The position numbers and the translations under genes are program-made. Below the pieces are notes generated by a model, which had not been told where the DNA came from, did not search any database, and saw only the letters and a program-made list of their open reading frames with translations. Shown piece after piece: positions 9,799 to 18,186 of a DNA stretch of 64,000 bases. The stretch lies in NCBI GenBank assembly GCA_963704365.1, contig OY969899.1:1009806-1073805 (forward strand), given 5' to 3'. This DNA comes from Parachlamydiales bacterium (GTDB taxonomy: Bacteria > Chlamydiota > Chlamydiia > Chlamydiales > JAJFMK01). The number at the start of each line of letters is the position of its first letter. Positions within the stretch are counted from its first letter, which is position 1.

Positions 9799-10159
9799 AT
9801 GACTTATTTATCAATCGCAGGAAATTCAGCCGCAAACTTAGCTATGTCAGGCTGCTTTTCTTGTTTGGACAAGCGCAACGAGCTCAGGAACAGGAGATAA
9901 AGTCCGTTACAAATTAAATAATAATTATTTAGACATTGCAAAAACAGCATTTGCAGCGATAGCTTCATGCTATGTTTCAGATCGTATTCTTTCTGGCTTG
10001 TCGACTTCCCTTCCAACTGGTGTAGCAGGTACATTAGCTAAGCTCGCCCTTAGACTTTTTGCTGCTGAAAGCGTGAATAACTTCGTTAATGTGACCATTA
10101 CTCGCGGCACCAATTGGTACGGTTTCATCAGTTCTCAACTAAACAAAGCATCATCTTAA
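9799..10159 (+). pseudogene. Frameshifted paralog of the 10303-10620 small membrane protein
   Basis: ATG 9799 opens a 33-codon ORF that stops at 9898-9900. A second frame, open from 9842 to 10159, has no start codon. It ends ..FAAESVNNFVNVTITRGTNWYGF, which resembles ..FVAHFTINFVNDQITTAQNWSKGL of the neighbour. A strong terminator follows. Confidence 0.5.
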
Positions 10160-10187
10160 TTCTAAACAAATAATTTCCTTTAACTAT

Positions 10188-10222
10188 AGGAGAGGCCTTT
10201 TCTGGGTCTCTCCTTTTTTTTC
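10188..10222 (+). terminator. Rho-independent terminator
   Basis: AGGAGAGGCC / GGTCTCTCCT stem with one mismatch, followed by a T8 run. Confidence 0.7.
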
Positions 10223-10302
10223 CTTCTCAATTTGCCCCTTGGCTAAAATTTTAGCTTCCTTTACAAGGTAAAGAGAGATTCATCTCATATAAGGAGAACA
10301 CA

Positions 10303-10620
10303 ATGTTGACTACCTCAAATTTGTTATCAACAACTGCCTACTTGTCCTGGAATTACGGACAAGACGTTTTAAAAAAATCAAAGAACGACGGTTTGGTCGA
10401 GAAAGTAGCTAGGCTTATCATTCCAGGGCTTACCGCTCTCTTTTCCTTTGAAGCTGCAAATGGGCTTTACCCCGTGATTGCAGGAAGAGTCCATTTACCA
10501 ACTGGCGGATATCCCGGAATTCTTGGGAAATTTGTTTTTGGTGCTTTTGTAGCTCATTTCACAATCAACTTTGTAAACGATCAAATTACTACTGCCCAAA
10601 ACTGGTCAAAGGGCCTTTAA
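10303..10620 (+). CDS. Hypothetical small membrane protein (105 aa)
   Basis: AAGGAG RBS 6 nt upstream. Two hydrophobic segments (LIIPGLTALFSF.., GILGKFVFGAFVAHF). Confidence 0.7.
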   Translation: MLTTSNLLSTTAYLSWNYGQDVLKKSKNDGLVEKVARLIIPGLTALFSFEAANGLYPVIAGRVHLPTGGYPGILGKFVFGAFVAHFTINFVNDQITTAQNWSKGL

Positions 10621-10636
10621 CCTCACATCAAAAAAG

Positions 10637-10658
10637 GGTGCAAGAGAACACTTGCACC
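10637..10658 (+). terminator. Candidate terminator hairpin
   Basis: GGTGCAAG-AGAACA-CTTGCACC, an 8-bp stem. Only a weak T tract follows. Confidence 0.4.
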
Positions 10659-10769
10659 TTAAAGATCCCTAAAACTTGAAATAATGTCTTGCATAAGGTA
10701 GCCTGTTTTCTTAACGAGGTTTTATCATGCATCCCATTCTTATAGCTGGAACAGACTGTCTGCACAGCA

Positions 10770-11189
10770 GTGCAGGCTCTCATTGAATACAACATCTACT
10801 TCTTTCCCAAAAGTGCTTTAGATGGCGAAGATATTGAGAAAATTAAAGATGGGTTAGATGGCTATTCAGTTAGGCAAAAGATCTTTTTTGCTATCGCTCA
10901 GGTGGGCATCGCAACAGCTACTTATGCAGCAGTTGGCCTAGTTACTTATAAAATGTTTCCCCTTTTCATGCAGTTCCTGAGTGGCCCCCGTTTAGAGCTG
11001 CGCACTCAATCGATTCAAGGTCGCGTTGAAGTGATCAGAACGTTATCTCACTGGGCAGAAAGCTTTCCTAAAACTGGCGCTGAGAAAATGTACCTATTGG
11101 GTGTTCAATTCATTTCTGGTTTCTTGAGCTACAATAGGCTAGCTGAAAAAACTAGACCCCTTCTCCACCTTCTAACCAAAAAAGGTTAA
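10770..11189 (+). CDS. Hypothetical small membrane protein (start uncertain)
   Basis: 139-aa ORF from GTG 10770 with no RBS. It has a long hydrophobic block (FFAIAQVGIATATYAAVGLVTYKMFPLFMQF). A well-placed GAGG-N7-ATG at 10727 is in another frame. Confidence 0.55.
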   Translation: MQALIEYNIYFFPKSALDGEDIEKIKDGLDGYSVRQKIFFAIAQVGIATATYAAVGLVTYKMFPLFMQFLSGPRLELRTQSIQGRVEVIRTLSHWAESFPKTGAEKMYLLGVQFISGFLSYNRLAEKTRPLLHLLTKKG

Positions 11190-11200
11190 CAGAAGCACTA

Positions 11201-12016
11201 TCAAAAAAGGGGTGGGCTTGTGAAGCGGGTCTCTTTTCCTGTTTCTGGGTGAGGAAACACTAACGATTCAGCATGTAGCATGAGGCGGCCCGTTGGTTTG
11301 GGATGATAGAGACTATCTCCTACAATAGGGTGTCCTAAATAGGCCATATGGACACGGAGTTGATGCGTTCTACCTGTGATGGGATAAAGGGCGACACGGG
11401 TCATTTTCCCCTCCCTTTTGACCAGTTCCCAATCGGTTTCTGCTAGCTGGTCAGTTTCTTTGTGGGTCACCTGGAATCTTGGCCTTCCGCCCAAAGTTTT
11501 CCCTTCTCCGATATGTGTTTTTAAATGTCCCGCCCCCTTTAAATCTCCCTCAACAAGGGCGATGTACCGTTTTTGAACCTGTTTTTGTTCAAAGAGGGTC
11601 TGGAATTGCTCTCTCATCGATTCGTTTTTGGCAATCAACAAAAGACCTGATGTTTCTCGATCTAACCGATGGATCAAAGACCACCCTTTTCCTTGAATTG
11701 CTTGCAAAAGCTCTTGATCAACAGTCACATTGATCGGCTTATCGTAAACGACAAAACTTTCTTCTTCGTAAAGAATCCGTTTTGGGTCAAAAGCTATCGC
11801 TTTTTCAATAGGTGTATTAACAACAATCGTCTCGCCGCCAAAAAGGGGCCTTTTAGCCATCCTTTCGACCTTCCCATTGAGCTGGCAGGCCGATTGATCG
11901 AGAAGTTTTTTAACCGCTTTTTTGGATAGAGAGAGCTGTTCGGATAGGAAATCGTCTAGACATATTCCCCGTTTTTCAGGAGGAACCTTAAAACTGTTTG
12001 AGGAAACGTTCGTCAT
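11201..12016 (-). CDS. RluA-family 23S rRNA pseudouridine synthase with N-terminal S4 domain
   Basis: HRLDRETSGLLLIAK catalytic motif, KRYIALVEG, and GRTHQLRVH. Confidence 0.9.
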   Translation of the reverse strand: MTNVSSNSFKVPPEKRGICLDDFLSEQLSLSKKAVKKLLDQSACQLNGKVERMAKRPLFGGETIVVNTPIEKAIAFDPKRILYEEESFVVYDKPINVTVDQELLQAIQGKGWSLIHRLDRETSGLLLIAKNESMREQFQTLFEQKQVQKRYIALVEGDLKGAGHLKTHIGEGKTLGGRPRFQVTHKETDQLAETDWELVKREGKMTRVALYPITGRTHQLRVHMAYLGHPIVGDSLYHPKPTGRLMLHAESLVFPHPETGKETRFTSPPLF

Positions 12017-13031
12017 TTTCCATGAAGAGGCGGATGTCAGGAATCCCTTTTTCGATCATAACAAGCCTTCCAACGCCCATTCCCCACGCATAGCCAGAGT
12101 AAACTTCGGGGTCGATACCGCAGTTTTTAAGCACTTCAGGATGGATCATCCCAGCGCCAGAGATTTCAAGCCAACCGCTATGCTTGCAAACACGGCACCC
12201 TTCCCCTTTACAGAGAAAGCACTCTACATCTATTTCAAGACCAGGTTCCACAAAGGGGAAATAACTTGTGCGATAGCGGGTTTTAATCCCAGCATGGAAC
12301 AGCTTCCCCAAAAAGGTATCAAATGTCGACATCAGGTCGGCATAGGTGGCCCCTTTGTCGATATAAAAACCTTCTACTTGGTGAAATTGGACGTGAGAAC
12401 GGGCTGTGACAACCTCATTTCGATAGGCTTTTCCTGGAACAACCACACGGATGGGCGGTTTACCTTGTTCCATCACCCTTGCCTGTACATTAGAAGTGTG
12501 GGTACGTAATAAATACCCCCCCTCTAAATAAAAAGTATCCTGCATGTCTCTTGCTGGATGATCTGGGGCAAAATTGAGCGCTTCAAAGTTATAATAATCG
12601 GTGTCGATATCAGGTCCTAGCTGAACTGAAAACCCCATTCCGATCAAGATAACTAAAATCCGATCAAGCGTTGCTAAAATGGGATGGGCATTTCCTAAAG
12701 GACGAGATCTTCCAGGTAAAGAGACATCCATTTTTTCAGATTGAAGCCTTATTGTCTCTTCCTGTCTTTGAAGAGAATCTTTTGCTTGGCTGATTTTGTG
12801 GGTGAGCGATTCTTTGAGGTCGTTGATTTCTTTGCCAGCTTGAGGACGCTCTTCTGTAGAGACATTCTTCAACAGTGGCATCAACGCCTGAACAGGACCT
12901 TTGCGTCCTAGAACGTGGACCTCGAGGTCCTCAATTTCTTTGACCGTTTTGGCAGCAATCAATTGCTGCTCAAAACGGTCAGAAATGGCACTGATCTCCT
13001 TCTGGATCTCCTTCAGGATCTCAAGGGACAT
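11988..13031 (-). CDS. pheS: Phenylalanine--tRNA ligase alpha subunit
   Basis: 347 aa with class II motifs (HPARDMQDTFY, LRTHTS, FRNE, GAGMIHPEVL, GWAWGMG-like YAWGMGVGRL). Confidence 0.95.
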   Translation of the reverse strand: MSLEILKEIQKEISAISDRFEQQLIAAKTVKEIEDLEVHVLGRKGPVQALMPLLKNVSTEERPQAGKEINDLKESLTHKISQAKDSLQRQEETIRLQSEKMDVSLPGRSRPLGNAHPILATLDRILVILIGMGFSVQLGPDIDTDYYNFEALNFAPDHPARDMQDTFYLEGGYLLRTHTSNVQARVMEQGKPPIRVVVPGKAYRNEVVTARSHVQFHQVEGFYIDKGATYADLMSTFDTFLGKLFHAGIKTRYRTSYFPFVEPGLEIDVECFLCKGEGCRVCKHSGWLEISGAGMIHPEVLKNCGIDPEVYSGYAWGMGVGRLVMIEKGIPDIRLFMENDERFLKQF

Positions 13032-13397
13032 TTAAGCAGCTTTTGCTAAAGCGTGCTTTGCTGACTGAGCAACATGGTGGAAGTCTTGTGGGTGGGAAAT
13101 CGCCATTTCTGACAACATTTTCCGGTTTAAACGGCACCCAGCCAAGGCAAGACCATGTATAAGCTTATTGTAGGAAAGACCTTCGATTTTAGCTGCGCAG
13201 CTTAACCGTTGGATCCAAAGCCCTCTAAAATTCCGCTTTTTCTCTTTCCGGTGCATATAGCTATAAGCTAATGCCTTCATCACAGCATCACTAGTTTGAC
13301 GCAGGTGATTTCCTCTGTCGCCAAAGTAGCCTTTAGCAAACTTTTTGATCCGGTCTTTGCGCTTCTTCGAAGCGACAGCATTTGTTACTCTAACCAT
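13032..13397 (-). CDS. rplT: 50S ribosomal protein L20
   Basis: Begins MVRVTNAVASKKRKDRIKKFAKGYFG; also RNFRGLWIQRL. Confidence 0.95.
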   Translation of the reverse strand: MVRVTNAVASKKRKDRIKKFAKGYFGDRGNHLRQTSDAVMKALAYSYMHRKEKKRNFRGLWIQRLSCAAKIEGLSYNKLIHGLALAGCRLNRKMLSEMAISHPQDFHHVAQSAKHALAKAA

Positions 13398-13418
13398 TTT
13401 CTAATCCTAATTTCCTGC

Positions 13419-13616
13419 TTACAGCACACCCATGAGCATTTTGTAGGTCTTCAAGATCGTCTTGTCAACCAAACCGGCTCGTCTCAATTGACGCTTCCGT
13501 TTCCCAGATTTATGGGTCAAAAGGTGTCGCTTTCCAGCACGTTGCCGTTTCAATTTTCCAGTTCCAGTCAGCTTAAACTTTGCAGCGACTGACTTGCGTG
13601 TTTTCATTTTGGGCAC
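13419..13616 (-). CDS. rpmI: 50S ribosomal protein L35
   Basis: MPKMKTRKSVAAKFKLTGTGKLKRQRAGKRHLLTHKS. Confidence 0.95.
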   Translation of the reverse strand: MPKMKTRKSVAAKFKLTGTGKLKRQRAGKRHLLTHKSGKRKRQLRRAGLVDKTILKTYKMLMGVL

Positions 13617-13637
13617 GGCTAAAATTCTCCTAAAAAT

Positions 13638-14258
13638 CTACTCTATTTCTTCTTCACTAGTTCCGACAACCTCTTCCAGCTTACTCTTCAGAGACATGTC
13701 AGGTTTTTTTGCCCCCTCTACCGTTCCCTCTTTAGGAGGACGGACTGGAGGACGAATTTTTTTCGGGTTAGGTGACAAGACTGCGCTCATCATTTTTCCC
13801 AACATCTTTGGCACAGCTTCTATTAAGGCAATATCGGCTAGGTCATCGCACATTTTCTTGACCCAGCGCTCGCCCACTTCAGGGTGAGCCATCTCTCGGC
13901 CGCGGAAAGTGCAAGTTATTTTAACCTTATTTCCCTTTTCGATAAAGCCCCTTGCTTGACGACTCTTCGTTTCAAAATCATGTACGTCAATATTTGGTTT
14001 GACTTTGACCTCTTTCAGCTTGATCTGATGCTGGGATTTCTTGTTTTCCCTTTCCTTTTTCGTCTGATCGTACTTGAACTTTCCATGGTCCATGATCTTG
14101 CATACAGGAGGAACTGAGGTCCCAACAACCTCAACTAAGTCTAAAGCAACCTCTTCTGCCATTTGGAGCGCCTCATGGATAGAGACAACCCCTACTTGCT
14201 TTCCTTCATGATCAATTAACCGAACTCTTGCGGCCCGGATTTGCCTATTAATTTTCAA
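13638..14258 (-). CDS. infC: Translation initiation factor IF-3 with C-terminal extension
   Basis: INRQIRAARVRLIDHEGKQ.. and the IF3 C-domain. There is no ATG at the N-terminus (TTG 14258, ATT two codons later). A Pro/Lys/Glu-rich tail of about 45 aa follows. Confidence 0.9.
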   Translation of the reverse strand: MKINRQIRAARVRLIDHEGKQVGVVSIHEALQMAEEVALDLVEVVGTSVPPVCKIMDHGKFKYDQTKKERENKKSQHQIKLKEVKVKPNIDVHDFETKSRQARGFIEKGNKVKITCTFRGREMAHPEVGERWVKKMCDDLADIALIEAVPKMLGKMMSAVLSPNPKKIRPPVRPPKEGTVEGAKKPDMSLKSKLEEVVGTSEEEIE

Positions 14259-14277
14259 AGCTACAAAAAACCTCGTT

Positions 14278-15303
14278 CTAAAATGTCAGCCAACTTTTGA
14301 GCTGACCAATTAAACTCACATGTATAGGGTGGCAGACAACCTCTTTTTTAGGCGATGAAAACTTGGCTTTAGGCCCCATTTCGACAAAAGGACCCGGGAA
14401 TCGGGACCCAATCGGGTCGATAAAGTGCCATTGCAAGCCCCATTTTGTCTCTACCAGCTCAAACGGAGCAGGAGCCACCCCTTTAAGCCACCCTTCAATC
14501 TCTATTTTCCAAAAAGAAAAGTCCTTCTCGTTTCCAAAGACAAACCCTTCATCATGATCGGGCGTAAAAAAGAAAGATTTTCCTCTAGAAAAAGCCTCTT
14601 GCTCCACCTCTTCCATTTCGGCCGGGAAAAAGGGGATCAATTCTTTAAAGCCAAGAGATTCCCATCTTTGCCTAGAAGCCGCAAATAAGACATCTCTTTT
14701 TTCGATGGCCCACTTAGCGTCGATCCAATCTTCAAGTCCCACTTTTCGACCCTTGAAAAGCTTGGCAAAATTTTTCGCCTCTTTTTCATCTTCAAAAGCT
14801 GTGCCGATGACCTCGTAGACCCCCTCACCACCTTCATTCAATGCAAGAAGCTGCACAACACCCATATCAAACGTTGTCGATAAGATGGTAGGGTAAAAAG
14901 CTTCTTCAATATCATCTTGAAGCCGGATAAACGGGACAACCTCATCCTCTTTTTCTTCCAGTGCCTCCCCTTTTTCTTCTTTCCCATGGTGTTTTAAAAA
15001 AGAGGCTGCATTGGAGCGCATCATTTCCATACGCTGCAGTGCAATGTCCTCTTTTTTCAGACGCCTCATCTCTTCGATGATCAGTGTTAGAAAAAGTGGG
15101 GGAAGTGGTCCGTCGAAAAGAAAACGGCCCTTGAAACAAAATCCATCAACCTCTGACTCAAGCGGAATGCAATTTGGTAAAATATTTTTTAAAGCTGCAG
15201 AAAAGACCATTTTGGCAACATCCAGCCTTGGCCAAACTGTCTTACGATCTAAAGCTACTGGGTCAAACGTCACGTGGAAATAAAAACAGGGGAACTCACC
15301 CAT
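14278..15303 (-). CDS. Degenerate ThrRS N-terminal (editing/SAD domain)-like protein without a catalytic core
   Basis: By-eye collinearity with the ThrRS N2 domain and linker: ALKNILPN..DGFCFKGRF..IEEMRRL..ASFLKHHG and YEVIGTAFEDEKEAKNFAKLF. It sits exactly where thrS precedes infC in many bacteria. Confidence 0.5.
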   Translation of the reverse strand: MGEFPCFYFHVTFDPVALDRKTVWPRLDVAKMVFSAALKNILPNCIPLESEVDGFCFKGRFLFDGPLPPLFLTLIIEEMRRLKKEDIALQRMEMMRSNAASFLKHHGKEEKGEALEEKEDEVVPFIRLQDDIEEAFYPTILSTTFDMGVVQLLALNEGGEGVYEVIGTAFEDEKEAKNFAKLFKGRKVGLEDWIDAKWAIEKRDVLFAASRQRWESLGFKELIPFFPAEMEEVEQEAFSRGKSFFFTPDHDEGFVFGNEKDFSFWKIEIEGWLKGVAPAPFELVETKWGLQWHFIDPIGSRFPGPFVEMGPKAKFSSPKKEVVCHPIHVSLIGQLKSWLTF

Positions 15304-15562
15304 TATGGATGAAAAAGAAAATATAGTCCCACACCAATAGTGATTTTGGCAAGGATTACCTTATATGAGCCATTCCAGCTGTGCCTTCTCGACGATCTTC
15401 TGGGATCTTTTCGTCGGTTTTACCTCCTTTTTTCGAAGTCCATATACCTTAATGAGATATCAGGCTTCGAAAAATGGGGTAAACTCGCCTGAAAATCTCC
15501 CGAATCTCCTCGAGGATTTCAAAGCGGGAATGGCTCTATACTGGGAATGAAGTTTAAGAGGA

Positions 15563-15636
<74 letters not shown>

Positions 15637-15874
15637 GAGATCGCAACATGATGGCACAACCCTCGGGATTCTGGCAAGTGGCTCGATTAGGCTGAAAGGG
15701 CCGACATGTGAGAGCTAGATTGGCAAAGCCTTCGGTTAGGTAGTGAAATATAATTTGAAGCGCGAAGGTGCGACATACCCTTTTACATAAACATTCTGAG
15801 ATGATGAAGATCGACCCATAACCCCACCTTACGATTCTGTTAACGCTGAAAGAGAGTGGAAATAATACAAGCTT

Positions 15875-15904
15875 AAGGGGTCATTCTAAAAAATGCCCCT
15901 TTTT
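15875..15904 (+). terminator. Orphan Rho-independent terminator
   Basis: AAGGGG(T)CAT / ATGCCCCTT stem with an A-rich loop, then T5. There is no plus-strand CDS upstream of it. Confidence 0.5.
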
Positions 15905-15927
15905 AAAGTTGCCCCTCCAGGTACTTC

Positions 15928-15957
15928 TTGACATATTTTCTCTAATAGAGCTAATTT
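15928..15957 (+). promoter_or_regulatory. Candidate sigma70-type promoter of the first Sel1-repeat gene
   Basis: TTGACA-N18-TAATTT. The motif CTTGACATATTTT is duplicated upstream of the second paralog (18126-18138). Confidence 0.45.
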
Positions 15958-15983
15958 GAGTTTCCATTTAATGAGGAAAGGCC

Positions 15984-18041
15984 ATGTCTTTAGTTCCAAC
16001 AGCCGCTATCAATCATCTCTACAAAACAGCTCTGAACACCATTGTTGTGTGTACTTTTGTCTCTTATTACGAAATATTCAGAAAGGTTTTGTTAATCCCT
16101 CAAGGGTATACAAACCAAGTAGGTCAAGATTACAAACATCCTTCTCACCGTTACTTTGCTGAGAAAGACTTTAAAGACATGTTCTGTACCATCATTTGGG
16201 GAATTGGGCATTTAGCTCTCCGATATCTGGGTAACTACCGAAAAGAGAAAGGGGAAGCGCTTTACCAGAGTGCTTTAAGCGACGATGCCAATCGCATTAC
16301 TTTGCTGCAAGAAGCAGCTCACCAATATAGGCACTTAGAAGCCATCTTCAAGCTCGGAATCAGCCTTCGAGATGGTGATGGGGTGACAAAAAACCTTGAT
16401 GGTGCCATCAGGCTTTTCAAAGCTGGAGATGAGTTGGGCCATAAGGGATGCTCTTTTGCTCTTGGGCAACTTTGTTTAACAGGAGATTATGGAGACAAAG
16501 CAACCTGCTTCGAAAATGCTGACACTTATTTCAGAAAGGTTGACTCTACACCTTATACTCAGTATCTTTTAGCATTAGCAGAAGCTTTAGAGCCATGCAA
16601 ACAAGAAGCAGATGCTATCTGCACCCTAATCAAAGGGGCTTCCAATAAGTTTCTAGACGATTTTTCTCCGTCGGGTAAAGAACTAGCAAATTTTTTAGGC
16701 GTGGCTATCGAAAACAGCCAACTAGGCTCTCTTCTACCTCAAGCAGCGATTCCCCTTTTCAACTGCGTGGTAAAACATTGTCCACAAGATTCTCAAAAAG
16801 CAGAGGCCTATTTTCATCTCTATAAGCTCGACAAAAATCAAGAGCACTTAATTAAAGCGGCCAAATTAGGAAGCGTTGAAGTGACCCTCGAACTTGCAGA
16901 CCTGATAAGTAAACAGCCTTCCAAAGAAAACCTCCAAGAAGCACTCAGATGGCTTAATTCGATCCCTGAAGAAAAGCGAACAAGCGATGTCATCGCAAGA
17001 CAAGTTGTACTAACCACCGATCTTGCAGAACTTTTGCGTCAATCTGGATCACCTGCCGATCATCAAGAGGCTTTAAGATTACTCCAAATTATTCCTGAAG
17101 CAAAAAGAACCCCAGATATCAACATGTTGATGGGGCTGTTCTACTTAACTGGGTTTGGATCCGATGCATGCGATCCAACAAAAGCAGCAGAATACTTTGG
17201 GAAGGCAAACCAGACTAGCACAGTACATACGACGTATTTTGTTGCCCTGTCGGAGCTGTTGAAAACTTGCACTGATCAAGAGCTGGAGACATTTAGAGCT
17301 AGAGTAGGTGAAATAAATCAGACCCTCCGTTGGAGGAAAACCATCCCTTTAATGAACAATGTAGATGACGAGGATATAGCCTTAGCAGTGGCGCTACGTT
17401 CCTATGAGACGGTTATTGATCGTGAAACTGGCTCGCTACTTCCAGCAGAGGCTACCTCAGAGGCTAAAGTTGCTTTGACTCTGAAACTTCTAGACTTCTG
17501 TTCTAAAAACTCTTTACCTCCACTTGCTAAGAAGACAGCTCTTTCTCACCAAGCTATCTTACACCATGCACGTGGAAATTCTGCTGCTGAAATGGAGTGT
17601 CATATCAGTTATAAAAGGATTGATCCTGAGGATCCTAAAACTAGGATGATGCTCTACAGTCTTTATATGGAGCACTACAAGAAAACAAAAGTCCAATCGG
17701 ATCTAGACAATGCTTTACGTGAACTAGATGTAGCTGTTAAGAAAGAACACGCTCCAGCACAGTATGAGAATGCTTTACGCCTTATTAACGGAGACAAAAA
17801 AAATCAGAGCCAAAATAGTAGTTTCTTTTCCAAGGGCTCAAATAAGGAAAACACATTGGTTACGCCAGGACAAAAATTGATGCTTAAAGCTGCAAAGCAG
17901 GGTTATAAACCTGCTTTGAGTTTTGCTCAGCAAAGGGGCTGGGCAACTGGTATTAGCACAGAAACGCTTCAATCCAGCCGTGTTTCCATTAGTAGCCAAG
18001 CCGGAGCATCCACAGTTGGAAGCCTTCCTCCTCCGTACTAA
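15984..18041 (+). CDS. Sel1-like repeat protein with hydrophobic N-terminal region (685 aa)
   Basis: Repeated Sel1/TPR-like units (LGISLRDGDGVTKNLDGAIRLFKAGDELGHKGCSFALGQL; AAKQGYKPALSFAQQRGW). Paralogous to 18187-20049. Confidence 0.85.
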   Translation: MSLVPTAAINHLYKTALNTIVVCTFVSYYEIFRKVLLIPQGYTNQVGQDYKHPSHRYFAEKDFKDMFCTIIWGIGHLALRYLGNYRKEKGEALYQSALSDDANRITLLQEAAHQYRHLEAIFKLGISLRDGDGVTKNLDGAIRLFKAGDELGHKGCSFALGQLCLTGDYGDKATCFENADTYFRKVDSTPYTQYLLALAEALEPCKQEADAICTLIKGASNKFLDDFSPSGKELANFLGVAIENSQLGSLLPQAAIPLFNCVVKHCPQDSQKAEAYFHLYKLDKNQEHLIKAAKLGSVEVTLELADLISKQPSKENLQEALRWLNSIPEEKRTSDVIARQVVLTTDLAELLRQSGSPADHQEALRLLQIIPEAKRTPDINMLMGLFYLTGFGSDACDPTKAAEYFGKANQTSTVHTTYFVALSELLKTCTDQELETFRARVGEINQTLRWRKTIPLMNNVDDEDIALAVALRSYETVIDRETGSLLPAEATSEAKVALTLKLLDFCSKNSLPPLAKKTALSHQAILHHARGNSAAEMECHISYKRIDPEDPKTRMMLYSLYMEHYKKTKVQSDLDNALRELDVAVKKEHAPAQYENALRLINGDKKNQSQNSSFFSKGSNKENTLVTPGQKLMLKAAKQGYKPALSFAQQRGWATGISTETLQSSRVSISSQAGASTVGSLPPPY

Positions 18042-18126
18042 GAAGCTACACACCATTATAATAACCATACACCCATTCCCGCCTTTAACCCTTTGTGGAA
18101 AATAAGGCGGGAATTATGAACAACCC

Positions 18127-18156
18127 TTGACATATTTTATCAGGCAGCGCTAGGTT
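18127..18156 (+). promoter_or_regulatory. Candidate sigma70-type promoter of the second Sel1-repeat gene
   Basis: TTGACA-N18-TAGGTT, with the same -35 context as 15928-15957. Confidence 0.4.
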
Positions 18157-18186
18157 GTTTGCCTATTCTCTACTTAGGAAAAACCG

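Noticed and set aside
11922-12509. 195-aa ORF antisense to pheS.
   Set aside because: pheS motifs on the opposite strand are unambiguous. This is a shadow ORF.
15365-15550. 61-aa plus-strand ORF between the ThrRS-like gene and tRNA-Val.
   Set aside because: It has no RBS and no family resemblance, and it sits in a short promoter or leader region. Evidence is insufficient.
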